Below are positions 1 to 11,873 of a stretch of 64,000 nt of DNA, in pieces. Numbering within the stretch: position 1 is the first letter of the stretch; every line of letters begins with the position of its first letter. The notes under the pieces are model-generated. The model had not been told where the DNA came from and made no database searches. It saw only the letters and a list, made by a program, of their open reading frames with translations. The translations under genes and the position numbers were made by a program. Source of the DNA: Botryllus schlosseri (Eukaryota); assembly GCA_051294905.1 (NCBI GenBank), contig CM119373.1:30628001-30692000 (forward strand), given 5' to 3'.

Positions 1-621
1 GAATTTATTCGATGTGAATTGCGGCCCGCCATCCGTGACAATTGTTATGGGCAAGCCTTCGATAGAGAAGACTTCCCTCAAAGCGTTGACCACACACAAG
101 GTTGTGGTAGAACCGACATTCATTACTTCAACGAAAGGATATTTCGAATGCGCATCGACGATGACAAGAAACATTTTATTGTTTATTGGACCTGCGAAAT
201 CCCAGTGAATTCGTTCAAAGCTTTCAGAAGTTTTTGGCCATTCGCGATACTGACGATCAGGCGCTTTCATTACCTTACGGCAAGCGTCGCAACTCTTAAC
301 GAGATTTTCAATGTCGCGAATAATGAAAGGCCATGCGATGTAACGTCGAGCCATCTGCTTCATTTTCGCGATACCCCAATGTCCTTCGTGCAACAATGAT
401 AGGACTCGCGAGCGAAGTGACTGCGGAATTACTACGCGCTGAAAACCATCAATATTGAGCTTGACTATGTCTTCGTGCAGAGAGAGCGAATGTTTGCGAG
501 TCGAAAACCAAGAAAAATCATCAATGTGCGTCTTTGGATTCCAATTACCATGAGTTACAGATAATTTTACTATTTTCATGGTTTTGTCCTTCAGCGTCTC
601 GTCGCGAATTTCATTGCGAGT
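1..621 (-). pseudogene. Integrase, N-terminal part; frame is open to the window edge
   Basis: Hand translation of an ORF missing from the track: TRNEIRDETLKD..LHEGHWG..CDAC (HHCC)..IHWDFAGP..TDGGPQF (first two catalytic Asp). Confidence 0.93.
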
Positions 622-2617
622 TACAGTAAGCCATCGAATGCCATATTATTAGCGTGAACGATCTCCGCGTTTTCACGAATTTCCAGTTCGTCAAACTCAT
701 GGTCTGGACCCTTTGGTAGGCGAGATAAACCGTCGGCGTTTCCGTGCTGATTAGTCGGTTTATAGCAAATATCGTATTGATAAGCCATGAGCGTTAGTGC
801 CCATCGCTGCAAGCGTTGCGCTGTAATCACGGGAAATTTCTTGTCCGGCGAGAAAATAGCTAAAAGCGGTTTGTGGTCCGTTACGAGCGTAAATTTTCTA
901 CCATACAAGAATTGACGAAATTTAGTGACTCCGTAAATGATTGACAGAGCTTCCTTCTCTATTTGAGAGTAGGATTTTTGCGAATCCGAAAGCGTTTTTG
1001 ATGCGTACGCGATCGGTCTCTCTTCGCCATTGTGCTCGATTGAGAGGACAGCGCCGATTCCGAATTGAGAAGCATCCGTTGACAAAATGAGCTGCTTGTT
1101 TACATCATAATGAGCTAACTGCGTAGCGTCGATTACGTCGTTTTTGAGAATGCGAAAAGCTGCGTCACAGTCCGTATTCCAAATGAATTTCGAGTCTTTT
1201 TGAAGAAGACGGTACAAGGCAGCGGCTTTATTCGTGAAATTAGGAATAAACGCGCGATAATAATTGACTTTGCCCAGGAATGCCTGTAGCTGGCGAACAT
1301 CCTGAGGTTTAGGCAACTGTTTGATTGCTTCAACGGATTTGTGAGACGGGCGTTTGCCGTCCTTGTCGATTATGTGACCAAGGTACTCGATACTACTTTT
1401 GAAAAATTCACATTTCGCGAAGTTGACGGTGAAACCGTTCTCGGTGAGGCGCTCAAAGAGTAGCGATAAGTTGCGAAAATGATCGCGTTCATCAATGCCA
1501 GTAACGATTATGTCATCGATAAAACTAGCAACACCGGGTAAGCCGGCGATCATGGCATCAATACAGCGTTGAAAATTTGCGGGACTAGATGCGACTCCGA
1601 AACACATGCGTCGATAACGGAATAGACCGAATTGCGTGTTGATGACACACAAATTCTTCGCATCATCGTCTAATTCTAGCTGAAAATAAGCATCGGTAAG
1701 ATCAATTTTCGTGAAAATACAACCACCCTGTAACTTGTGAAGGATTTCATCTAAGGAGGGCAGGGGATGTTGATCTATCTGAATTTGTTGATTCAATGCT
1801 TTGAAGTCACCACAAATGCGTACTGATCCATTTGATTTAGTGACGGCAACAATTGGTGCTGCCCAATCACTGTAATTGATTGGTTCGAGGATACCTTGAT
1901 TGACTAATCTATCCAATTCGGTTTGAACAGCGATTTGCCTTGCGAAAGGCAAAGGGCGTGGCTTGTTGAATACGGGCTTGGCATTAGGTTTCAAATGAAT
2001 TGTCACCTTTGTCTTGGTGCATCGTCCTAATACATTAGAGAAAACGGAGGGAAATTTGGACTGAAAAGATATCAATTTGTCGTGCGAATCAGAAATGTCA
2101 ATAGTATTACATGATTGCGATTTGACCATCTGCGAGGAAATTGCATCCAAAGCAGAAGTTCCCTTAGCGGTCATGGAGAAAGCATCGCTCCAATCGAGAC
2201 CAAAAATGTTTTGCCCACGGTGTTAGTCGAGAACCACCAATTTCAAGCCAATTCGAACTTCATAACCCACCTGCACGCTTACAGTGCAAATACCTTTCAC
2301 TTTCAGTGGCTTGTCGCCGTACGCTACGAAAGAACAATGGTATGCAGAGAGTTTCGGAGAGCCCAAAGTTTTGTACCCAGTCAATCCACCATGGCGGAGG
2401 GTGCACCAGTGTCCCACTGTGTCAGCAACGGAATGCCGTTGATGCTGGAGTTGATCCAGAGCTGGTTTCCTACGCGTCGATATAGTTGATCGATGTCGAA
2501 GGAGAGGAGCGGCACTGCGCAGAAATTGACGGATGTGACCTGTTGCGTGATACTAGGTTTGGTAGACATGCACAGGTTTGATATGACCTTTACGACCACA
2601 TTTCTGACATACTGCAT
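621..2617 (-). pseudogene. pol: pol: aspartic protease (broken), RT and RNase H (open 621-2174)
   Basis: Protease WDTGA and IFGLDW; RT WAAPIVAV, VRICGDF, FIDDIIV; RNase H TDASQFGIG, EKEAL, TDHKPL, ADGLSRL. Confidence 0.95.
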
Positions 2618-3590
2618 GTCGATACTGACAGTCTTTTCTCTGGTGATCGATGAAACAGCGGCTGCAGGATTTCAGTCTTTCCGGGAAGTTGCCTTGGATG
2701 GATTTGGAAGGTTTTTTCCCCTTCTGATAACTTCCCGTCATTTTGTTGACGATGGAAGTGTCTTTACCGCTACTCTCGCCCTGGATAACCCTATCAGTTT
2801 CCAGCGTTCTCACGTGTGTTGCGGCTACTTTGAGAACGTCGTCGAGGGATGGATTGGTTTGTGTTAGACAATGCCGTCTCACATCCGCGTGCGGCGTTTC
2901 TTTAATGATGAGATCGCGCATTAGCTCATCAACGTAGCTCTGATCACAGCCTTCTCTTGAGCATGTGAAGTTGCAATCCTTGGAGATTCCGCGTAGAGTA
3001 GCGATCCAATCGGCGTACGATTGTCCCGGCTGCATTTTGCAATTGTAAAATTCGTACCTGGCTGCTTGCACATGAATGGAGTCCTTGGAGTGTGTAGACA
3101 ACTTCTCAGTCAACGCGTCGAAGGTTTGCGCACTGACATCAGCCGCACCAAACAAATTACGTAGGAGCGAGTACGTTTCAGGTCCAACCCATGAGAGTAG
3201 ACACGCTCTTTTTTTCTCCATGTTGGAAATGCCTTAAATTGCTAGGTGATGGTTGAATCGTTGCAGATATTGGTCCCATTTCTCCTTTGATTTGATGAAC
3301 GAATCAAACTTGGGAGCGGTAGCTTCAGATGTTGACGCACCAGGACTCAACATCTGCGTTAACTGTGCCATCTCTTCTTTGTGTTGGTTTTTTTGCTGTT
3401 CCAACCCAGCCATCACTTTCGCCATTGCTTCGTCATGCTGTGCGCGTTGTTGCTCCAAATCTTCTCTGTGCCGAGCATTTTGCTGCTCCAGCTGTGCCTG
3501 TTATTGCTTCAGCTCTTCTTTACGCTGTGCGCGTTGTTCCGCCATCATTTCCTGCTGCTTCTCCAGAAGCTTCAATATACCTGAATCCAT
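2553..3590 (-). pseudogene. gag: gag with N-terminal coiled coil and C-terminal CCHC knuckle
   Basis: ATG at 3590 reads MDSGILKLLEKQQEMM..KQ*QAQ..HHLAI*GISNMEKKRACLLSWVGPETYSLL..; the knuckle CQKCGRKGHIKPV(C) has its last Cys in the next frame. Confidence 0.9.
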
Positions 3591-3620
3591 GCTTTATCTT
3601 CGTCGCAGAAATAACTATGA

Positions 3621-3638
3621 ATCCGACTTCGGACACCA
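3621..3638 (-). promoter_or_regulatory. Primer-binding site, tRNA-Leu type
   Basis: Minus strand TGGTGTCCGAAGTCGGAT matches 16/18 of TGGTGTCAGAAGTGGGAT, the complement of the eukaryotic tRNA-Leu(CAG/CAA) 3' end (recalled sequence). Confidence 0.8.
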
Positions 3639-3640
3639 AT

Positions 3641-3896
3641 TGTTATGTTCTTGATCTTGTTTGAACAATAACTCAATGCGACGAGGTTGCAATAAGAAAT
3701 CAGTATATTATCAGCAGTATAACTTTAAGACAGGCGACACGATCCAGAGTTCAGTTAAATGAAAAAGCCACGAGACAACATAACACAGGGTATAAATACG
3801 AAGCACGACACACGAGGAAATAATGATTGGCGGTAATTACTAATCCTAGACAAATGAGAGACAAACGATACCAACGTAAAATGCACGAACATAACA
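3641..3896 (-). repeat. 5' LTR (256 bp)
   Basis: TG...CA ends with a perfect 10-bp terminal inverted repeat TGTTATGTTC (3641) / GAACATAACA (3887-3896); lies 2 nt from the PBS. Confidence 0.85.
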
Positions 3897-3912
3897 AATT
3901 ACATTCGAATAA

Positions 3913-4948
3913 TATCAGTCATTATACATTCAATGATATTTACGATGAATTGCCCTATCACAATGCCTTGTTCTCTATTTCGAACTTTATTTTCTGACAA
4001 TAAATAGGCAATAAGTTACGTGATTTTGGTAGTAAAAATGTTCAAAATCTAGAAGACAGGTGAGGCACTACGAAGCATATATAGCTCTTTTGAGTATAAA
4101 TATGCTTCTTTGCCAAATATATATTGTTGTACTGAATTGATCAATATTGCAGCAACTTGCTAGAAAATTTTCATCACGGCCAGAATAAGTATTCTCGTGG
4201 CAATATACACATGGCTTTGAGAGGTAAATACAACGCCGTCTCCAGGTTTGGGGGCAGGAACCCCCTCTTTTCGAAATCATCAAATTTAAGTTACTGTCGC
4301 GCCGGCGACCAATATCAGTCGCGAATTCGATGTAGCCGACTCGAAAGCTTGGATTGCACAATACGTTGATTGATCAAAGAGATTAGCAGACATGGCGACG
4401 CCCATATGACAACGCAGTTTTCAAATACATATTATCTTACTGATCTACGGCACGAAATGAAATGCCGTGGACGTTACGTTCACAATTACAATACTCAAAT
4501 TACAAAAAATGTAGTAGCTATCCATGTTTTTGATTGGTAGGCCTAAGTAGCTCTGCACTACCGGCAATAAGACGTAGGCGTGCGGCGCAACGTTATATGT
4601 AACTGCCGAACACTTTGAGGATTGAGAATTCGATCAGTATTTAGATCTTCGGAATCACGGGGACAATTAGACTAGATTAATATCAGTTATATTAAATCAT
4701 ATAAGCTATTTACGATGAATTGTGTTATCAATGGTCTGCGTCTGTGTCTACCTCACGTTTCGCGCTTTATTTACGAACAATAAATATGTAAATTGTGTGA
4801 TTTCGGGAGAAAAATGTTAAAAATCGTGTCAGTCATGAACATCGATAGAAGATACCAAAAGTAATTGAAGGTTTCAAAATTTTTGTTCACTCATCCTGAC
4901 GACAGGTGAGGTACTGCCTCACTTGCCTCCCCTAACCCGACGTCACTG
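3913..4948. repeat. Two related copies (3913-4070, 4681-4948) of a MITE-like remnant
   Basis: Shared tatttacgatgaattg..tttat..acaataaat..aaaatgtt..gacaggtgagg; the second copy ends in a CAGTG-type TIR (..gacgtcactg). Confidence 0.6.
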
Positions 4949-5020
4949 ATGTATCACAAATTTTAGATTGGTAGGCATATTACTGCAGTAGTGGCCATGT
5001 TTGGCTCCACCTACGCATGT

Positions 5021-5651
5021 GATCATGGGTTCTCGCATTTAAAAGGACAATCACGACGAATCTACGTTCTAGTAACTCATGTTTTGCATGCTTAAATAAG
5101 GTAACCAGTATGATTAGAACGGGTTTTAACAGAGAAAATGTGGCGCACCCGACGGATCCCATGTAGATAGTTGAAATTAGTACTACCATGACGTCACGAA
5201 TTTTCAATTGTGACGTAACAGTCGATCCACATGTATGGCTCTTTGGGAGTTAAAATGGAAAAAATAGGGCCAATATGGCTCTTCGGACAAAAAAGGTTCC
5301 CGACCACTGGTGTACATAGATATAGACCGGTCGTATCGGTCGTATCGGTCACACCGGTCGGCCGGTGATAGATCGTGGGTTCTCGCATTTAAAAGGAGCA
5401 TCACGACAAATCTACTTCCTCGTTATTCGAGTTTCTCATGCTTAAATAAGGCAACCAGCATGATTAGTACAAATTTTCACAAAGAAACTGTCGCGTACAT
5501 TACGAATCCAATGTAGTGAGTTCGAATTAGTGCTACCATGACGTCACGTATTTTCAGTTGGGACGGAAAAGCTGTGTATGGCTCTTTGGGAGTTAAAGTT
5601 GAAAAATATGGCCAATATGGCTCTTCTTACAAAAAAGGTTCCCGATCCCTG
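5021..5651 (-). repeat. Tandem pair of ~290-bp hAT-MITE halves
   Basis: 5021-5309 and 5371-5651 align, and both end in aaaaaggttcccga(cca/tcc)ctg, a CAG(T/G)G TIR. Confidence 0.75.
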
Positions 5652-6195
5652 ATATAGGCTATCACATCACTGAAATGCAGGGTTGGATTAGCAATATGAT
5701 GTCACGTGACGTCATGAGGTTCACGTTCGCATTCACACAGAACCTTTCAAAAAGGTTCGCGTTCACACGAACCTGAAACTTTGAGAGGTTCACACCATCG
5801 CTAACACACAGTCGCACATGTTTGCTGTTTTTCAGTAGGCTATACAGTATACACCCGAACTACAGCAGTAAGCGCGTCGATGCGTTTGGCACTTGTATTC
5901 GGGAGCAGCGCACTATAAATGGTAAATGAAGGATGGCTGAGGATTAAAGAAAGTAATACGATTCTTATACACTCTGTCAGTCTGTCATCATTACCCATGA
6001 GTTGGCGATGAATAACCGGACAGGTCGGGGTGACGGAGCCGGAACTTTTCTAGCTGTAGCTGGTTTTATGGAAAATGGTCTATATGCCATCTGGTGGGAT
6101 TGCACAAGCGAAAGATATATTTTATCCGGGCTTACACTGTAGTCTTTGGGCCTATGTCACAGGCAGTTTTGTCCCAGTTTACAGAACGTACGTAA

Positions 6196-6708
6196 CAGTG
6201 ATGAGCGGATAATGTTGTCGAGACTCCGAATCCCTCCGACAACTTTAGTCTCTGAGGAAAACTCCCTCCGACTCCGAATAGTTCAATCCCAGACTCCGAG
6301 ATACTCCGATGAATCTCGTCAAGTATCCGAAATAGTGGCAAGCATGGCACACTTGGTGTGTTTTACTAAATTAATGTGATAATAGGGTTGGCCTCATAGT
6401 ATTGTCTACTCTCCAGTCCCCAATTGCAATGCAGGTGGCTGATTTTTATGCACTTGGCAATCATTTTTGCATGTTACCCGTCATATTACAACTTTACAAG
6501 GTGTCAACTGTCTATGTTTTGGTTTGTAATCATAATCAAGAGTGTATTCTGGTCAGAGCTATCCAAAGATATCGGAGACAAAAGTTACAATACTCTGAAA
6601 TTATCCGAAAAAATATCTGTAGTAAACCCCGACTCCGCTTCGACTGTCACAAAATCGGTAAAACTCCGCTCCGAATCCACTCCGACTCCGCTCCGATGCT
6701 CATCACAT
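6196..6708. mobile_element. hAT-type MITE with ACTCCG subterminal repeats
   Basis: TIR CAGTGATGAGC / GCTCATCACAT; perfect 8-bp TSD GTACGTAA (6188-6195, 6709-6716). Confidence 0.8.
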
Positions 6709-8302
6709 GTACGTAACGGTAATTCAGATCTAGCGAATAGCTTCAGTCTGGCTAGGAAACAAATTCGATCACTACTTCGTCTGATTTCTTATTGCACTGA
6801 ACAATGTGCAGTTATAATTCTTCCGTTTATTCTTTTGTACTCAATTTTGAAACCGGATTGTTAATCTGTCTCAGTAGCGCGCTCACCTACATTTCACCAT
6901 ACGTCGGTCAGTTGAGAATGGCGATACATGGGAAGTCGAGTAATTTTGAACTTAAATTCTTCGTCAAATTAAGATGATGGTACATAACTAGTAGTTTGGG
7001 TGATACACCTCATTGAGACGCAGCGCACGCTGCAGGTAGAGGTAATCAACGACACATTACACCAGGGGTTCTCAAGCATTTTTAGCGCCGGTATCTACTT
7101 TGCGTGGACTACTGCGGAACATGGAAAGCCGATGACTAAAAAAGGTCATCACATTTGCCCAGTCCTCGACAAGGCATGATTTACCTATTTTATATATTAT
7201 ATCAGCGTTTCCATCTCATCGGTGTGGCTATCGTGACCATTGGTAGTGCACTTAAAATAGCACAAAAATACATTAGTCAAATATAAAGACATGACAATGC
7301 ATAAATATATAGTTGCAGTTCAGCATTGAACTGTCATGGTCCGCTTAAAAACTAGACCACAGAATCCAAGAACTCCTGCATCAGCCTACATATGATGTTA
7401 AATTCCCGTCGTGTGTCGTCACCAAACAAGTACAAGCAGGAGTTTGACCCCGCCGTTGGTAGCGGTGGACTTTGTAAGCACATTGTCTAGTAGTGGCAAA
7501 GCGACATGGACAAATCGTGTCAAATAATCGGATCTCACGATATACCATCCTCCTTATAGGATCTGTACTGTATCTTCGGTTGGTCGTTAATGTATTAACA
7601 TGTAGCCTAGCCAGTCCTTCATTGTACCTGCTGAACCATTAACTGCATCCGCAGCCTATTTGCAGTAAGTCGCCTTGTATTTATTGGCACAAATGGAATT
7701 AACCGAGGGGTTGCGAACAACCTGTTTTATGAAGCGACTTCAACCTCTATGAGAGTAGAGACACGTATGCAGTTCATTATTACTTAGTCCGTGACTGAAG
7801 CCTCATATAACAGCTAACTTTCCAGCTCTTTTCATCTTCGTGTCTCTTACACATTCTAATCCAGTCTATAGCCACTTAGCCTGATATAACAGGGAATTTG
7901 CCAGCACTTCCATCTTCATGTCCCCTATCTATTACATTCCAGTCTATAGCCACTTATTAGCCACTTATAAATCATTTAACTGTTATGCTTTCGTCATTGA
8001 CAAAACAAAACGACTGGCTGTAAACACAATAGAGAGAATACGGATAATCTAACGAAGTTCATTTGAGCAATGACATAACAATAACGAGGAGACCAACAAC
8101 TCGCCAAACATGCAGCTATCCATAATCCAGAATGGCTGTGTTATACGACAGAAGATTTTGCAAACCGTAATCAATAATAATGTCCGCAGATGTCAAAGAA
8201 TGTATGCGTTGCATTACCTGAGTAGTTCATTAGGCATAGAATATTATGTCGTTCAAAGTAAATGTAAAACAGGATAATTGAATAGAATTTTTTGGTTTAG
8301 TT

Positions 8303-9019
8303 CAGTGGTTCCCAACAGGGGGGGATTCCTCACCTTGGGGGGAATTTTGAAATTTTTAGGGGAGAATCTGGCTTAATTTTTTTAGGTGAAATCTGGCTTT
8401 GGCATTGTATCGGAAGATACACTGGGTTCACAAGGTTTTTAGATTTTTATGGTATAGAACTGTTAAGTTAGTTCTTCACAATTGTATGTTTCTTTGGCGG
8501 ATTTCAAGCTAGGTGTATGTTTAGATGCCTTCCGTAGCTATTACACCCCCTGATAAAGTGAGGCTGACGAGACGATTTCGTTGGGTCCGCGACAGTCTCT
8601 CGACCAAATTGCTACTAAGCAGGATAACGTCAACCCGAATTCAGCACAAGGCCGCTAGTGAAATTGTTTAACTTTTCAAGCCAACATATGAGCTAACGTG
8701 AAAAACATACCGTACCAAATTCGTTGATTCAACTCAAGTCCATAGAAAGCGGACTTGGTGATTTATTTTTCGTCAGCGGCTACCCGACCGGTCAAAAACA
8801 GATCAAATTTGACTGTACTTTATCAAAGTTTAGTGCGGTCCGCATTCGCCATAGTTCAGACATATCTGAATATGTTTGGCCATTAATTGTTCAGTCAACA
8901 AATAGTTGCGCGTTAAAAAGCACATTTTTTTTAGTCACAGGCAACTTTTTCATAGGGGGGAATTTTAGATATAATATGGGCCAAGGGGGGCGCGAGACGA
9001 AAAAGGTTGGGAACCACTG
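8303..9019. mobile_element. hAT (Charlie-like) MITE
   Basis: Perfect 14-bp TIR CAGTGGTTCCCAAC; perfect TSD GTTTAGTT. Confidence 0.9.
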
Positions 9020-9542
9020 GTTTAGTTGATCAATGGAAATGCGCGATAAACGAAGTGAATTCAGGAATAATGTGTTGTCAAAAAGCTGCATTAGAATCGT
9101 CGTTTGGGCAGCTATAACTGGCTTGGACGGAATATACATATTTCATTGTATAATAATTGAACCAGAAAGGATGTGAAAACACTGTGAATTTGTCGAGAAC
9201 ACCGCAATAATGCATATAGTCAGCTTACAAAATGTCATTCAGAATCAATCGCCTTACCAGGTTTGACGGTTATAACTTCGAAACACCGTTTTCCAACTCG
9301 GGTTTTCCCAAGCTTGTATTAACGCGTAACCGTTACATTATTCAAGAGCTATTATACTAATCAAGAAACTACTGACTACTGACAGGTATTTGGAATACAA
9401 ACGAATCATATATATCATGGCTTGAAGGCAAATCGTGCAAGAGAATGACTTTCGAACCAATCCGCTTCGATTTCGCATCCGGCCGATGCTTTGGCATTGA
9501 AGATATCTTCAGGATTGTACACAATGTACAGTGTGCGCCGCG

Positions 9543-11825
9543 TCAACGATGAGGTCGCGTCTGAACTATATAACGCTGATTCGCATGCGGATTACCTCCT
9601 TCTGCGACGAACCGCCTTTGCATCGCTTCTTGTTGCTGTCTTGCTTGTATTTCCATCTGTCTCCTCGCCAATGCAACCCGTGGCGAAATTCTACCGGATT
9701 GATTTACTGGGTACCCAGCATCTGACGGGGCGTACGACATCCCAGCTTCAGAAGGCGCGTGTTCATATTGACCCCGAGTAGGTGCGGTCTTATATCCCAT
9801 TTCGGCTTGCGGGTGAATCGTCCTTGGCAACCTGTCATCATATCCAGGGTCTGCTGGTTGTTGCAGAGTACCGGCTTGAGAAACATTGACTTGGTAGTTA
9901 TGATCTGGTGAAGGTTGCGGATACCTGGCAATAGTAGATGGCTGTCCAGGTACCGACTGTACATATTGATGAGTGGGTGTAGACTGCGGGTGCATTGTGC
10001 GCTCGGATACGCCCCGACCAGGTTGAGGGAATTGTTGTCGTGGCAGTGTACTCGATTGGGAGTAATTAACGCCCGTAGTCACAGCGCGCGGGCGATATTC
10101 TGGAGACGCTGACGGCTGATTTGGCATTTGTTGATTGTAGCTGGTCTCTGACACGGCATAAGTCGGTCTCACGTGAGGTTGAGATACCTGCACGCTTTGT
10201 ACTGCCCTTGGCTGCTGATGATTCACCTCCGTCATCGCGCGTGGCTGTTCTAATTGCGTACGGTAGTTCATGTCGGACATGGTTCGGAACCTGACTTCGG
10301 ATTGAGTGTACTGTTGGGCTGGGATCGTTCTTTGTGGTCGGTAATCGACTTCCGTAGCGGCGCGTTGGTTTTCGATGATGGCTTGAGTAGATAAAGGCTG
10401 TGGGTAATCTACATCCGTCATAGCACGGGGTTGTCCGACATCGGATTGAGCGTAACCTCCCGATTTCAGTGCCGATTTTTGTGGGTAATTGATGTCGGTC
10501 ATCGCTCGTGTATTAGCAAACTCTGTTTGCGCGTAAGGCCGATGTGTTTCGACGTCTTTACGATACGTCGTTTGTGTTGGCGGTATACTGAATTCGGATT
10601 GTGCGTACTGCATGTCTTGCTGACGGTACTGCTGCATTGTATGCGGCTGTCTCTGCACCGTGAAAAATTGCTGTGGCAGCTCCCGGTTCTGCCTCTCAAC
10701 GTACTGGTTTTCAATCGTCTTCATAGACACGCTTCTTCCTATGTTTGACATCGGTATAGCGTGTTGCTTTTGATGCGGCAGGGTCTGCGACCTGGCAGGG
10801 TAAGCCACCTCGGTCATGTTATCGTTAAACGAATCCACGCGTCTTCTCTCCACCTTTTTCGGCACCACACGCTCGAAAAACCTTTCGCCGGTATGGACAT
10901 TCGTATACACGATTACGTGAACTTGCTGCAGAGGATAGCGCCTTCCTCTCACGTAGCATACAACATGCATCAAGCAAAGCAACGCTGCTACGACGCATGT
11001 GACAGCTGCCACAGTAATCATAGGCGTGAAGAAGTTTTCGTACTCATTATAGTTCACGATATTAGACTTGATGCTGGGTATCATCAATATACTGTAGACG
11101 GCAACTCCTCCGCCTATCAAAAATCCAAGAAAGCTAAGTAATATGTTAAGGATGTTGTTACTTGGCGATCTGCAAAGTTTAATGATTCCCGATAACAGCA
11201 GCAGTGCGCCTAGTCCACTGATGCCTCCATATCCTGCGATATAGTATTTTCCTTCGGGATTCACTACAATAATCGAAACTATCCCGAAGACGGCGAAGTA
11301 CAATCCCAGAATTATTTCAAAAGCTCCAATAAAGCGATACGAAAATAACCACTTGCGAGATCCAGGAGGCCAAATGAGTCGTTCCTGGGCGAGATAACCG
11401 TTACCGGCTTGTTGAGGTGGCTGTGAGGCTACATTCTCATTTGAGGAATCGTGTCCGCTGCCAATCGTTTCGATGGACGAGTCTGGTCCTTTCTGCGCGC
11501 CACGGCCAGGCCCATTTTGCAGCTTCGCTACATTTTCGGTGGAGGCACTCGGCAATACCGTTTCGCTCGGCGCCTGGGCAATTGTCGCAGCGACCTCGAT
11601 TGCTGATTCATTCGCTATAACGACGTCACTAGACGAATTTGGCAAGTAGTTCGCGTTTGCCATTGGCGCATCGGGCGACGCATTTTCCTTCTGCGTTGGT
11701 AAGCTTGTCGTATTGTCAGTCTGCTGCTGATCGTCATATGCTGGAGGCGTGTCATCTCTGTCGTTTAGTATGTTTGCAGTCACGTTGACCACCAATTGCT
11801 GGTTTATTTGCGGGGATTCTTCCAT
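9543..11825 (-). CDS. CD20/MS4A-like four-TM protein (760 aa) with long N-terminus and Gln/Pro/Tyr-rich repetitive C-tail; intronless CDS
   Basis: 2283-bp ORF with four hydrophobic segments at aa ~165-290 starting FIGAFEIILG (MS4A-like TM1). A TTTCAG acceptor lies 42 nt upstream of the ATG. Confidence 0.9.
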   Translation of the reverse strand: MEESPQINQQLVVNVTANILNDRDDTPPAYDDQQQTDNTTSLPTQKENASPDAPMANANYLPNSSSDVVIANESAIEVAATIAQAPSETVLPSASTENVAKLQNGPGRGAQKGPDSSIETIGSGHDSSNENVASQPPQQAGNGYLAQERLIWPPGSRKWLFSYRFIGAFEIILGLYFAVFGIVSIIVVNPEGKYYIAGYGGISGLGALLLLSGIIKLCRSPSNNILNILLSFLGFLIGGGVAVYSILMIPSIKSNIVNYNEYENFFTPMITVAAVTCVVAALLCLMHVVCYVRGRRYPLQQVHVIVYTNVHTGERFFERVVPKKVERRRVDSFNDNMTEVAYPARSQTLPHQKQHAIPMSNIGRSVSMKTIENQYVERQNRELPQQFFTVQRQPHTMQQYRQQDMQYAQSEFSIPPTQTTYRKDVETHRPYAQTEFANTRAMTDINYPQKSALKSGGYAQSDVGQPRAMTDVDYPQPLSTQAIIENQRAATEVDYRPQRTIPAQQYTQSEVRFRTMSDMNYRTQLEQPRAMTEVNHQQPRAVQSVQVSQPHVRPTYAVSETSYNQQMPNQPSASPEYRPRAVTTGVNYSQSSTLPRQQFPQPGRGVSERTMHPQSTPTHQYVQSVPGQPSTIARYPQPSPDHNYQVNVSQAGTLQQPADPGYDDRLPRTIHPQAEMGYKTAPTRGQYEHAPSEAGMSYAPSDAGYPVNQSGRISPRVALARRQMEIQARQQQEAMQRRFVAEGGNPHANQRYIVQTRPHR

Positions 11826-11867
11826 GTTCGAAGCTTTAATCTACCATGACACAGGGACAGTTATTAT

Positions 11868-11873
11868 CTGAAA
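11868..11873 (-). promoter_or_regulatory. 3' splice (or trans-splice) acceptor upstream of the 760-aa CDS
   Basis: Minus strand ctatctgtttcAG|ATAATAAC; the 5' UTR contains a 3-codon uORF (ATG GTA GAT TAA). Confidence 0.55.

Larger units (their letters stand above)
1..3896 (-). mobile_element. Decayed Gypsy/Ty3 LTR retrotransposon (Mag/K02A2.6-like), 5' portion; runs off the left edge
   Basis: Order is LTR, PBS, gag, protease, RT, RNase H, integrase. It reads as one ORF once 3 in-frame TAA stops (3501-3503, 3234-3236, 2223-2225) and 3 apparent 1-nt frameshifts (~2570, ~2385, ~625) are repaired. Confidence 0.95.

Noticed and set aside
14-3664. Plus-strand ORFs over the Gypsy element
   Set aside because: Antisense shadows of gag and pol.
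9491-11620. Plus-strand ORFs overlapping the 760-aa gene
   Set aside because: Antisense shadows of a long coding sequence, with no independent motifs.
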